Of a stretch of DNA of 64,000 bases, positions 25,559 to 38,756 are shown in pieces. Within the stretch, counting starts at the first letter, position 1. Every line of letters begins with the position of its first letter. Origin of the DNA: Octopus sinensis (taxonomy: Eukaryota); assembly GCF_006345805.1 (NCBI RefSeq), contig NC_043004.1, forward strand, positions 34,410,001 to 34,474,000, in the 5' to 3' direction. Made by a program: the position numbers and the translations under genes. The notes under the pieces were generated by a model. That model did not search any database, had not been told where the DNA came from, and was given only the letters and a program-made list of their open reading frames with translations.

Positions 25559-26259
25559 AAAGTTTTTTAGGACGAATATAAGACCTATATCCAAGTAGCA
25601 GAAAGATCGCCCAAAAGTGTATATAGATATTTAAATGTATTTATATATTCATCTATACACAGATGTATGTATAATGTGTGTGTATATATTTCCATAGAGG
25701 TAACCTTTCACTCCATACAAAGTTTTTTAGGACGAATATAAGATCTAAAGTATATACAAGTAGCAGAAAGATCGCCCAAAAGTGTATATAGATATTTAAA
25801 TGTATTTATATATTCATATATACACAGATGTATGTATAATGTGTGTGTATATATTTCCATACACATAACCATTTACTCCGCACAAAGTTTTTTAGGACGA
25901 AAATAAGATCTAAAGTTATATCTAAGTAGCACAAAGATCGCCCAAAAGTGTATATAGATATATAAATGTATTTATATATTTATATATTCATGTATTTATA
26001 TATTCATCTATGCACACATGTATGTATAACGTGTGTGTATATATTTCCATAGAGGTAACCATTCACTCCATACAAAGTTTTTTAGGACGAAAATAAGATC
26101 TAAAGTTATCTCTAAGAAACAGAAAGATCGCCCAAAAGTGTATATAGATATTAAATGTATTTATATATTCATCTATACACACATGTATGTATATGTGCGT
26201 GTATATATTTCCATAGAGGTAACCATTCAATCCATACAAAGTTTTTTAGGACGAAAATA
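25559..26259. repeat. Tandem array, ~160-190-bp unit, 4 full copies plus a stub
   Basis: aaagttttttaggacgaa restarts at 25559, 25719, 25884, 26074 and 26238. Confidence 0.95.
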
Positions 26260-26489
26260 TTTATATATAAAAGAAAGGTTGTGTGTCTGTCTACTCCGAT
26301 TTAGATTCCTAACTACTCCCACATTTTGCGATGCAGTTTAACCAAAACCGGTTATCTTATAGTCGTGATTCATATCGAGCCCTTCTAGGTATTAGCGCGC
26401 GTCTACGATGAGTCTATGATTTTACAAATAATTTACCATCATTTTTTTTCCATTTTAATGCATATTTTTTTTAATAAAGGGAAGTAACT

Positions 26490-27000
26490 CTCAAACTTCA
26501 CACCAATATGCGTGCTCATATGCGACGTAATATCACATCAGCAGCATTTCCTCACACCCTCCTTGCACTTGGCGAAGGCAAAATACCAGGGGATGAAAAT
26601 GGTAATATTGCCATCGATTCCATTTGTACCATTGTTAAGACGCCTTCTGATCTCAGAGATGCAGTGTTCCCAGATCTACAAGCTAATTATCAGAATATGG
26701 ATTGGATTGGCAAAAAGGCTATACTGGCTCTGAGGAATAAAACTGTTCACCATATTAATGATGAAATGCTAAAACTCATTCCTGGGGAAGTCTATGTATA
26801 TCAGTCTATCGATACAACTCCTGACCCAGAGGACGTCATCAACTATCCAATAGAGGTACTCAATTCCTTTGAGCACCCCGGACTACCACCACACTTTCTC
26901 AAACTTAAAGTTGGTGCCCCTATAATGCTCATCAGAAATTTGGTTCCCCCAAAACAATGCAATGGCACCCGTTTGATCGTTAAGTCCTTATCTCCCACCG
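26490..27000 (+). pseudogene. Helitron Pif1-family helicase fragment (open frame)
   Basis: TNMR, KAILALRNKTVHHIN, GLPPHFLKLKVGAPIMLIRNL..CNGTRLIV motifs; truncated at both ends. Confidence 0.9.
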
Positions 27001-27145
27001 TAAGCTTATATCAATATTTGCCTGAATAATCATCATAATTCAGTGCAATCATTAACAGTACTTTCAAGCAATTCAGCCCCGAGCAACGCCGGGCAATTCT
27101 GCTAGTATATATATACATGTATATGTGTGTGTGCATGTATACATA

Positions 27146-27199
<54 letters not shown>

Positions 27200-27299
27200 T
27201 TTATAAATCCTTCCCACTCCCCCTCCATCTTTTCCCCACTTTTCTCTATACATATATACGTACACACACATACATTCAGTTTCACACACACATATTGGT

Positions 27300-27645
27300 G
27301 CAAGTGTGGCTGTGTGGTTAAGAAGCTTCCTTCTCAACCATATGGTCTTGAGTTCAATCCCACAGTCTGACACATTGGGTGAATGTCTTCTGCTATAGTC
27401 CCAGACAGATTGATACCTTGTGAGTTGATTTAGTTGATAGAAACTGAAAGAAGCCTCTACGTGTGTGCTTATACGTGCATGTATCTTTGTCATTCTGTGG
27501 TGTTTCTCCTCTACCATTGTAGGTTTGTTTACATCCCTATAACTTAGCAGTTCAGCAAAAGAAACCAACAAAAAAAAAGCTATGATGTTGATTTGACTAA
27601 ACCCTTCATGGCAGGATCCCAGCATGGATGCAGTTACATGAATGA
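27300..27645 (+). mobile_element. CORE-like SINE, degenerate
   Basis: gtggctgtgtggttaagaagc head, gagttcaatccc B box, tail ccagcatgg. Confidence 0.75.
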
Positions 27646-27654
27646 TATATATAG

Positions 27655-27925
27655 AGAGAGAGAGAGTGAAAGAGAGAGAGAAAGAAAGTGTGTGACAGAA
27701 AGAGAGAGAGACAGAAAGAGGGAGTGAAAGAGAGAGAGAGACAGATTGAGAGAGTGAAAGAGAGAGAGATAGAGAGAGCGTGTGAAAGAGAGAGAGACAG
27801 AGAGAGAGAGTGAAAGAGAGAGAGATAGAGAGAGAGTGTGAAAGAGAGAGAGACAGAGAAAGTGAAAGAGAGAGAGACAGAGAGAGTATGAAAGAGCGAG
27901 AGAGAGAGTGAAAGAGTGAGAGAGA
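27655..27925. repeat. (GA)n-rich tract with tgaaa interruptions
   Basis: Read directly. Confidence 0.95.
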
Positions 27926-28997
27926 AGGAGTAATTATGAATTTAAGTAATGGGAGGTCGTTGAACTCCAACAGCTTAATACATTGCAGTGAATCGAAATG
28001 GAATTGTCTTTTTCTGAATTTGCATAATTAACTAAAACGATCCTTTAAAGCAACCTATTTAGAATGGAAAGAAGAAAATCATAAATTTTGCATATAATTA
28101 ATATTTTAATTAAGATCAACAGTTGTTTCATTACTGAAAACATTATTAATTCCATATGGACATAATTAAGATACATAATTAAATCAAATCAAATTAAATT
28201 TATTAATATTTTTATAGTAATTAGTTGCTGGTTGATTGGAAGAAGTTCAATGAGTTAAAATTTTCTTTTGGCAATGAAGTGTCAGAAAGGAACCTCTGTT
28301 TGGTCGGCTGACTAGCAAGATATAGCAGTCAATTTTCCTCAGATCTCACTTTACTGTTATATGTTATAACATGAACCCCACTTCACCAAAACTGGATGAT
28401 TCTGGCTTGAACATGTGGGATTACATCATTTCATTTAGAACTGATTTATGGCAGAATACCCAGAACAACAAGTGTTTCCCTCTTGTAGAAGAAAGACTGC
28501 ATGATGTATGAGACTGCAGAGTAGGAGAACATGGTCAGTTGATGTAGAAAGTGTGTAGAAGTTGCAGCGAAATGAGGTGAACATAATTCTGTGAATTAAT
28601 AGCATTAACCTGCATTAAAGGCAGAGAAGAAATCAATTGAAAGAATGGTTGGGTATGAAAGGCATCAAATGATGTGTGCAAGAGAGAGAGAGAGAGGTGG
28701 GGAGAGAGAGGGGGAGCAGGGGAGAAAGATGATTGTGCTGATGGAAACATTTGATGTCATTTAGTCATTGAGTGTGTGTGTGTGTGTGTGTGTGTGCAGG
28801 GGTGGGGGCGTGTAAAATTGTAGTATGGAGCGTGTGCGTGGAAGCGAGGGGAACTGGAAGAGAGATGGATAGAAGTGATGAGGTTTGATCTCAGGACAGC
28901 TTCTTTCACTGAAGGTGATGATGGAGCGGGGTTGAGGTGAGATATGATTGGTAAAAGAGTGTAAGGTAGAACTGCATTGAAACATAATCTTTAAAAC

Positions 28998-29420
28998 ATT
29001 GATGATGATGATGATGATGATGATAAAGGTGCCAGTTCCAATGATGAAGATTGTGGTGGTGATGATGGAACTACAATGGCATCATGACAATGATGATGAT
29101 GAGGAAGATTATGATGTGGATGGTAATGGTGGTGGTGATGGTGGTGATGGGAGTGATGACGATGATGGCAATGGTGGTGGTGTTGATTATGATGAGGACT
29201 GTGGTGTTGATGGTGGTGGTAATGATAATAATAACAATGTCAAGAATGATGGTGATGACAATGAGGATGATGATGATGATTATGACGATGATTAATATGA
29301 TAGCGATGATGATATAGTAATAGTGATGATGACGACGATAATGATGATGGTAATGACGACGACGATGATTATGACAATGATGAAGATGACGGCGACGATG
29401 ACGACGATGATGATGATGAT
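28998..29420. repeat. (GAT/GGT/GAC)n microsatellite
   Basis: Read directly. Confidence 0.95.
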
Positions 29421-29963
29421 ATTTGCATAATCTTGATGATTCCATTGTAATGACAAGAGTATTTTAATTGGCATCATATTGATATGAATAATGTTCCGTT
29501 GACAGTCGGCAGTGTTTGCAGAAATTTCAAACTACTTCCTGGTGTGCTAAAGAATTCTGTGAGGCTTTTATAGCTGATTCCCTGTGTGACAGCTTAATCT
29601 TGATGCTACTTTAATGTTTCTCATATTTACCATTTATGATCTGGTGCAGCTGAAGAGAATACTTGGAGATCTATCAAATAATATTCAGTAGATTTCAAGA
29701 GCTGCTTTAAGTTGCAGGGCATAGGGAAAAGGAAAAACAAAAAAAATTCATTCTACTGTCAAAGCTTGTATTTTATTGAACTTCTTGGAATGTCATTAAG
29801 ATATACACAAAGATATATATTGGTTGCAATTTCAGTACTGAACACACTGTCTACAGAATATGATGTCTGCAAATGTTCTTTAGTCGTGTGTCTCATAATC
29901 ACAGGTGTTTCGTAGAATTAAGTGAGCAAGTGAGATTTAAATATCACATAACGAGCAACTATC

Positions 29964-30165
29964 TTTTATCTTTTAATTGCTTCTGTCATTAGACCAAGGC
30001 CATGCTGGAGCATGGAATTTTATTCAAATGAATCAAACTCCGGTACATTTTTTTAAAAGCCTGGCATTATTTTATTGGTCTTTTCTGCTGAATTCTTAAG
30101 TTATGGGGATGTAAACACACCAACACCATTTGCAAGAGGTGATGGAGGACAAACACAGACTCATG
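29964..30165 (-). mobile_element. CORE-like SINE tail, degenerate
   Basis: ggccatgctggagca...ttatggggatgtaaacacaccaacacc...ggacaaacacagac. Confidence 0.65.
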
Positions 30166-31989
30166 CTCATGTTGCAAAATGTAAATTTAATGTTTATTGA
30201 GTATTAATAGAAACAGTTGTAAATGAAGATGACCAATTTGCTGTTAATTATAAACAATTATTAACTTCCAAATCTTCATTTTCTTCTTTTAAACGAATAT
30301 AAGCTATTTATATATATATATATATACATGTTTTTATCAAGCAATTAAACTATTAGTCAACAGGAGAATATGGTAGGAGATACTTGTTCAAGGGAAATAT
30401 GGTAAGATGGAACCTGGAACCCTATTGTGAGAAAAACAATTTTTTAACTGTATGACAGCCACGTTTTCCCCTCATTTCCACTTTTACTGTTTAAAATGTA
30501 ATTCTCTTTTCTGGAGCCATCATTCAGCACTGGGTTAGAGATTGTTCTGCATTATATGGAAACAGAATGGTACAGAAGCAAGCATTTTTGTGTTGTACAG
30601 CTGTAGAATATACCAAAATAAATAGTCATTGAATAATTAGAAGTTCTTCTGTCTGTTCCTTTGAAGAAAGTCCCACAATGTCTGAGAGTGTGTGAGATAT
30701 CTATTAGTTAGTGGCAGGAAATATTTAACATTTTTAATGATAAATCACATTAAATGGTAATAGAATCAAAACCATTTCGGATTTGGAGTGTTAAGGTGAA
30801 GGGAATTAGCATCCAAAGATAGTAGCAAGAGATTTAATTCTCCTGGTGCTGTCTTTACAATCACCTGCTCCATGGAAAAGACAAAAGTTTTCACAGAGTA
30901 TTTCTGAAGAAATGAAATTCTCTCAACATTACCGTTACAAGAAAATATTATTTAGGAAATAGTTAAAAAAAAAGAATGAAAATAAGAAAGACAGAAACAT
31001 TCTTTTTACAGAGAAATTAGTTTCTAGAAGTGGAAATATCTTTGTGAACCAGGTAAAGTTTGTGTGCTTTGTGATATCTATTGGATCAAATGTTACAGTG
31101 GCTGAGTTGTAGAAATGATACGAATTGTGGAATTATATCTGATCCTTGGAAGGAATTTCAAGGACCAGTGCTTTGTTCCACAGTCACAGTATTAAGTGAA
31201 TGAAAAATAAATAAATAATCCCAGTCTTTCTCAGAGAAGCCTTCATAGATAACCTGGTACTTCTTCTTAGCATGTTGGTGAACTGGGGCATAAATGATTA
31301 AGTGTGCAGCTCAAATACAGTGTAAACTTTCTGTTACTGCTGGTTGTAACAAGCTGCAGGGAATTAAATAATTATTTCATTGTAAATACCTTAGTGTGAC
31401 TGTGATAAAATGAACTCTGTCATGGCTTGTATGTTTGTCCAATAGATTATAAACATTTATAGATCCTAAAGCTTTAAGAATGGTTTCAATTTCATATTTG
31501 TTAGCCCAATGCTTTCCTAAATGCATGAAATAATGAAGTTTTAATCTTTATAAATTATACATATACAAGACTATGTATGTATATATATATATATATATAT
31601 ATTATTGTTATTTTATTTTAATATTTCTATTATAAGTAATTTTCTAGATGATGTAATTTAATTAGAACTTATGCAGCAAAACATCAGCTGCCTTCAACAG
31701 CCATGACTCAGACATCTCTGATCACAGAGTGACGCAGCCAGAGCCAATCTCAGACAAAGTATCTGCGAGTCACCATGCTGTATCTGTTTAATAATTGCTT
31801 GAGAATGGAGTGGAGAATCAGTAAAGTTATTGGAGTATTGGAAAGAATGCTTTGTGGTTTACAAGCATTCCAGTTTCTGCACTATGAGTTCTAATACAGC
31901 CAAGATCAACATTGCCTTTCTGATAAAGTAACAGTTCAATACTGGGATTGCTTGATCTTCCCCTACTCTTTCTCTCTCTCCCTCCAATT

Positions 31990-32497
31990 GTGTGGAGGGA
32001 ATCTGAGGTAGAGGTAGACCCAGAAAGACATGGGATGAGGTGGTGAAGCATGATCTTTGAACTTTGAGCCTCACAGAAGCAATGACTGGTGACCGAGAGA
32101 TTTGGCGATGCACTTTCCTTGAGAGAACCCATCAAGCCAAGTGCATCCATGCTGGTAGCATGTAAAGAACTCCATTCGAGTGTTGGGCCCCACGGCGGCA
32201 GAGTGGCTGAGTTCCTTTCGAGTGTTGGACCTCACAGAGGCAATGACCAAGATCTTTGGCATTATGTCGTGCTTGAGAAGAAGACCCATCAAGCCAAGCA
32301 AAATCGCAGTTGTGGCAGATACTGGTGTCATGCAAATTACACTTGTGCCAGTGGCATGTAAAAGCACCCATTATACTCTTGGAGTGGTGGGTGTTAGGAA
32401 GGGCAAATCAGACTGGAGTCTGGTGCAGCCTTCCAGCATGCCAGCCTGGTTGAATCGTCCAACCCATGCCAGCATGGACAACGGATGTTAAATAATG

Positions 32498-32529
<32 letters not shown>

Positions 32530-32530
32530 A
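31990..32530 (+). mobile_element. RTE-type 3' region with internal duplication and (GAT)n end
   Basis: acccatcaagccaag occurs twice; tail gcatgtaaaagcaccc...ccaacccatgccagcatgg then gat repeats. Confidence 0.65.
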
Positions 32531-32551
32531 ATATATAAATGCATGCACATT

Positions 32552-32609
<58 letters not shown>

Positions 32610-32694
32610 AGTGTATGTGTGTGTGTGTGTGTGCGTGTGTGTGTATAGACACATATATATGTGTATGTGTGTGTTGTATATATATATATATATA

Positions 32695-32726
<32 letters not shown>

Positions 32727-32727
32727 A

Positions 32728-33072
32728 AGTTGAATTAATTGACCCCAGCATATTTTTCTTAAGCCTGACACATATTCTACCCATCTTATTTGCTGAACTG
32801 CTAAGTTATGGGGATGTAAATAAACCAACACTGATTGTCAAGCAGTTGTAGGGGACAAACACAAACACACACGTACACACATACACATATACACACACAC
32901 ACTCACATAAATTATATCCTTCTTTCAGTTTCCATCGACCAAATCTGCTTACATGGCTTTGGTCGGCCCATGGCTATAACAGAAGACACTTGCCCAAGGT
33001 GCCATGCAGTGAGATTGAACCTGGAACCTTGTAATTGGGAAGCAAATTTCTTACCACTCAGCCATGCCTGCC
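32728..33072 (-). mobile_element. CORE-like SINE
   Basis: Matches 16302-16729 across tail, microsatellite and head. Confidence 0.8.
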
Positions 33073-34144
33073 CATATGTATTCTATCTGTAATTCTAAGA
33101 TTCAACCTTGTCATATTGTGTCTTCTTGCTTCAACCAGATAATCACATTGACAGCACATATGTCTGTGGAATATCCAACCACTGACTTACAAATTTCACA
33201 GTAATTCTATTGATCAAACGACCAAACGTTCCTCATTGAAACCAACGAAGACTCTGCAAACCAATAACTGCTTATACTCAGTTATATTAGTAAACCGCAC
33301 AAAGAAAGATAATTCAGTGCTTTAAACGCTTCTTTTCACACGGATAACTTTTAATGGTATTTTAATGCACGACTTCCAAATAATGTGAGGTGGTCTTTTA
33401 AATGATTAAATATGTATAATGTATATATATTCAAATATTTAGTCATTTAGAGCTATTCATAGTATATTATTATCATACATAAAAAAAATTCTTGCACATA
33501 ATTATGTATTCAATATTATATTTATTTATAGTTAGAAATTTTAAAATGCTAAAGTTTATAGTTGTGTTGAGAAGAGGAAGAAGATTTAAACTTTTAAGTT
33601 GTTCTTTTATGAGAAACCTAAGGGTGGGCTGGCTTTTTGTTGACAGTATTACCATAAAAGAAAAAAGAATGATAGAAGACCGTGTTGATAGATTGGAGCA
33701 TTTAGATTATGAAGACGGGTTTAGAAGAGAAAATGGTTAGTAAAGAAGGCCTGCTACTTTGGCCCTGGAATTAATTTGGTCATTGTGGCCCTGATGTAGA
33801 TATGATGTAATAATGATGTAGATGAGATTACATTGTAGCAGATTCAAAGCCAAGTTACTGGAAAGACCAAACAGACACCACGATGAGATCACTGTTGTTT
33901 CACATGATTAACTGATTAACTAACCAATTAGCATCAAGCTATTGTGTGATTGTACTTGTTAGAACTTTCTCATGAACCCCATAAAAAGGTGCATTTTTGG
34001 TGGCAACTGCAGAATTTTGAAGGAGCAGCTTTAATGTATGCCTTTGCATAACAGTTTAGAAGACACAGATTTTGTCATCGTGAATAGAGTGTGATTATTC
34101 TTCGTTTGTGATGGGCTGGCCACAGATTACTATAAAACTGTTAA

Positions 34145-34359
34145 TCCTTTCATTACCGTATTTATTTTGAGATGCTTTGTGTTTCTTTCAGTTATTTAAA
34201 ATATAACAAAGAATTTAGTAAAATAACTTATTTATCATTAAGCTAGTGTTAACAACATAAATTGTGACTAAGGTTTGGTGGAAGATTTTAATTCAAAACT
34301 TATGAAAACAAGACATTTGTACTACAGAGCCGGTTTCAACTGGGTTGGTAACGAAAGAG
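34145..34359. mobile_element. piggyBac-like MITE (second family)
   Basis: TTAA at 34141-34144 and 34360-34363; imperfect TIRs tcctttcattacc / ggtaacgaaagag; degenerate relative at 50518-50700. Confidence 0.7.
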
Positions 34360-34432
34360 TTAAATTGTTGTAGATCTCAGTAGCATGTCTCTCACAGTGT
34401 GTATAAATTGTTGCTTTTATTTGTCATCAAAG

Positions 34433-34458
34433 GACCAACACTGAAGACAGAATGTGCA
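34433..34458 (+). CDS. Candidate micro-exon (GPTLKTECA)
   Basis: T-rich tract plus AAG acceptor and a strong GCA|GTAAGT donor in non-repeat DNA; alternative acceptor at 34398 stays open (VYKLLLLFVIK...). Confidence 0.25.
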
Positions 34459-35166
34459 GTAAGTAAATCTTTTGTCAATTGTTTTTGAGTGTTGTTAATT
34501 ACTTCTAAATGCAGCCCTAGCAAAACATTTTCATCGTCCACCAACAACAAGGGCACAAATTTGCTAGTCACAATATCATATTAATATCACACTATGAAAC
34601 AGAGTCATGGGATCAAAATAACTGAAGGAAGATTTCATTGAAACTGTTTCCCATTGCCCTTGTGTCTGAGATGAAGGCTTAGACATAATGGCAGAGAACT
34701 AGTGCTGCTTTAAAACTGTAACTTATGGTCATTTGTAATAGCTTTGGTCAATATGGTTGGTCAAAGTTAAACATATTGACCGGGAATGCTGTGGCAGTGA
34801 TACAATATAAACACAGCAGGGTGTTGAGCATTCTGTGAAGTTGACTGTCAACACTCCATGAGAGCAGGTCAGCAGAAATGATCACACACAATGTGACACA
34901 GGCATAGTTAGATATTCAAAGGTCAAGTAAAGTGAAATGTCATCTGGAAAGGAATCAGAAAGGGGGAAAGAGAGAGAGAGAGAGAGAGAGAGAATGGAGG
35001 GGAGGGGAAAGATTGAAAGAGCAAAAGTAAAAATATTTCTTTATCGTGCCATGATTGTAAACATAGATCCCTTCATATGCATTTATAGGTGAGATCAGAT
35101 GATGCACAATGCACACTCACTTACAGATGTTACAAATGTACATATATATGTGTGTGTGTGTATGTG

Positions 35167-35253
<87 letters not shown>

Positions 35254-35546
35254 TACATATTTTTATATATATACACACACACACACATATATATATATAG
35301 ATAGATAGATATTGATAGATACATACATACGTACAAGTGCGTAGATATATACATGAGTACGTATATATATTTCCTGTTTAGATGAGGGACTCCACACACA
35401 CACACACACAACACACACACACACAACACACACATACACACATACACACACACACAACACACATACATACACACACCACACAAAATACTCACACACATAC
35501 ATACAACATACACACACATATACATCAATATATTTATATATGAAAT

Positions 35547-35703
35547 GCTTCTTTCGGATTCCATCTACCAAATCCACTCACAAGATTTTGTTTGACCCAA
35601 GGCAGCAGTAGAAGATGCTTGCTGTTGATGTCCCACTGAAGGACTGAAACTAGGACCACGTGGTTGGGAAACAAACTTCTTACCACACAGTCATGCCTGT
35701 GCC

Positions 35704-35746
<43 letters not shown>

Positions 35747-36170
35747 ATGTGTGTGTGTGTGTTTGTATACATATGTATGCATATATATCTTATATTCTTT
35801 TACTTGTTTCAGTCATTTTGACTGCAGCCATGCTGGAGCACCACCTTTAGTCGAGCAAATCAACCCCAGGACTTATTCTTTGTAAGCCTAGTACTTATTC
35901 TATTCATCTCTTTTGTTGAACTGCTAAATTACGGGAATGTAAGTGCACCAGCATCAGTTGTCAAGCAATGTTGGGACACAAACACACACACACACACATA
36001 TATATATACAACAGGTTTCTTTCAGTTTCTGTCTACCAAATCCACTCACAAGGCTTTGGTCGACCCGAGGCTATAGTAGAAGACACTTGCCCGAGGTGCC
36101 ATGCAGTGGAACTGAATCCAGAACCATGTAGTCGGGAAGCAAGCTACTTACCCCACAGCCACTCCTGCAC
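35547..36170 (-). mobile_element. Two adjacent CORE-like SINEs (head 35547-35704; full copy 35790-36170)
   Basis: Match to the 16302-16729 family. Confidence 0.85.
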
Positions 36171-36374
36171 AGAAAGCAGCACACTCTAAAGAATAGAGCA
36201 GTAATTATTACAATAAAGAATTTTATATCTTGGACATAGAGTTACCCAAGATTTAGTATCCACAATGCCAAATCTTGTGGACAGCTCGTCAGACACTATA
36301 TAAAGGCAAAAATTTTATATTCCTACGTTGCAGACATGGAGAAACACTCAGAAATCAAGAAATACATCTTAACA

Positions 36375-36535
<161 letters not shown>

Positions 36536-36624
36536 AGAGTTTACGAAAAAAACAAAAGACGATGACAGGTGGTGTACAAAACAAACAAATGTATTAGTAT
36601 AACGTGCTCAGGAATAGAAAAAGT

Positions 36625-36660
36625 CTTTTACGTTTTGAGCCTATGCTCTTCTACAGAAAG
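36625..36660 (-). ncRNA. Minimal type I hammerhead-like motif (variant or decayed)
   Basis: Minus strand: cttt-CTGTAGA-A-gagc-atag-gctc-AAAA-CGTA-aaag. Stems I and II pair, stem III is the palindromic ACGU; core deviates at positions 6 and 12. Confidence 0.55.
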
Positions 36661-37405
36661 GGACACAGAAAAAAAACAAGGAGAGAAAAAAGGAGAGAAA
36701 AAAGGAGAGAAAAAAGGTGCATATTTATTCATAGAATGAATGCAAGAGAGAGAGAGAGAGAGTGATAGCTAGATATAAATATATTTTATACAAATCATCC
36801 CAGTTTTCAAGTGTCTGTAAAACAGCCATCTATATATCTGTCAATAAATAAAGCATAGAAGCTTCCTACATTCAAAGCAGCCATGTTCTTCCTTCCTTTA
36901 TCAATATAACATGCAGCAATACAAGATTTTCAAAATAAGTAGGAAACGTGTAAGTGAGGAATGGGGCAAATCAATATCAAAACAGTTCCTGTCAGCATCA
37001 TATCAATATTGGTTATTACAGACCCATAGTTGGGTTATTTGCAGCACAAGGTCAAGAATTTAAGAGCTTATATTCACACACAAACACACACACATATTGT
37101 ACTGGATAACTTTATCAAATGGCTTGGGCTGTAACCAACTGCAATTGTTTTCTACTACATTCAGCCAGCACACTTAATTCTTTGTACCATTCTCAAACTA
37201 GTTGTCAGATCATAAATATTCCCTTAGATAAATCATGGAACCTTAAAATCCCCTCACTTGCGTTTGGGATAAATTTACATATTTTTGTTTTCACAACTAT
37301 GAATTATGGGGGATAAGCAGCTTGCTGGAAGCGACAGGTGAAGAATTGAATCCAAATCTTACTATGGATATATTTTAAGAGAAATATGTCCTGAAGTCAA
37401 TAGGC

Positions 37406-37476
<71 letters not shown>

Positions 37477-38268
37477 TATTGATAGATGCATCTGATTAAG
37501 CCAAACCGTGAAAGAGATTCTATTTTTTACTGTTGAATGAAACGAATAAAATTCAGCAAATGACCTCTTCTTCAAAATTCTTGTTTTGCTAAATAATTGC
37601 AAAGAACTAAATTCTTCAATATAACCAGACCCTCTATAAATCTAATTATAATGATTTTTCTCTATTTTTCTATTAAATTCTTAATACAAGTACAAAGATA
37701 AAATATTTGAAACAGAACTAATATATTGAAGAAACATTAGAGTAATTTTTAAAAATCCCCCACAACTCAGGTGCTTAAGTTTGCTATTTCAAGACAAATG
37801 CAAATAGAAATGGTTAAATCAATTCTTTTCTAATTGACTAAAAATTTTATTCATCTCATGTTTCATTCAACCTGAGTTTTGTCTTCATTTTAAACCTCTG
37901 AGATTATAGCCATTAATGAATCTGCAATAAGACATGCCATGGTTTATTTAACTATGTGCTGCTTATTGTTGACTCAGATTAGCAACAAAGAACTCAACTT
38001 AGAAACTGAATAAATTTTCAAAGATTGCATTCATTAAACAGTTTCTAAAAAAGCTATTATGCCAACCAAATTTCACATTCACTACTTAATGCTTTCTAAT
38101 TTGCTATTAACAGATTCTTTCAGTCTTACTATTTACCCTATGCATATATATATATAGATATATATATATATACACACACATATATATACATATATATGTA
38201 TGTATATATATATATATATATATATATACTCACACACACACACACACACATATATATACATATATATG

Positions 38269-38303
<35 letters not shown>

Positions 38304-38579
38304 TATGTATGTTATCCTTTATATTTGTTTCAGTGAATGGACTGTGGTCATGCTGTAGCACTGACTTGAAAGAATTTTTGTCAAACAAATTATCTCCAAT
38401 ACTTATCTTTTTAAGCTTGGCATTTATTCTATCATTCACATTCACTGAATCACTTTGTTATGGGGATGTAAATAAACCAACACCAGTTATCAAGCAGCAG
38501 TGGGAACAAACACAAAAGTACACACACATACATACACACACACATTTATATATATATATATATATATATATTTCTTAAG

Positions 38580-38715
38580 GAGACCTATTGAGTCAAGTAC
38601 GTCAACACCAACATCAAAATAAAAATGAAATGGAAATTGTAGCTACGATACCCGTTCCGGTGGCACGTAAAAAGCACTGTCTGAACATGGCAGATGCCAG
38701 CGCTGCCTGACTGGC
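38580..38715 (+). mobile_element. Fragment of RTE-tail-associated repeat
   Basis: attgagtcaagtac...atggaaattgtag...ggtggcacgtaaaaagcac; reverse copy at 55420-55680. Confidence 0.55.
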
Positions 38716-38756
38716 ATCTACAAAATTTATTTTATAATTTAATACAGCATTTTATA

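Larger units (their letters stand above)
25107..27105 (+). mobile_element. Composite Helitron
   Basis: A|TC start (tctcttattataaaaggcag) with an 8-bp stem hairpin at 25121-25139; second 5'-like end near 26260; 3' hairpin cccgagcaacgccggg (27078-27093) and CTAG|T (27102-27105). Confidence 0.75.

Noticed and set aside
25559-26259. Regularly spaced repeats suggestive of a CRISPR array
   Set aside because: Whole ~165-bp units are repeated with no unique spacers; eukaryotic context and no cas genes.
31012-31052. 41-nt candidate exon (KLVSRSGNIFVNQ)
   Set aside because: Weaker donor (GTAAAG), phase-incompatible with the 34433 candidate, no recognisable peptide.
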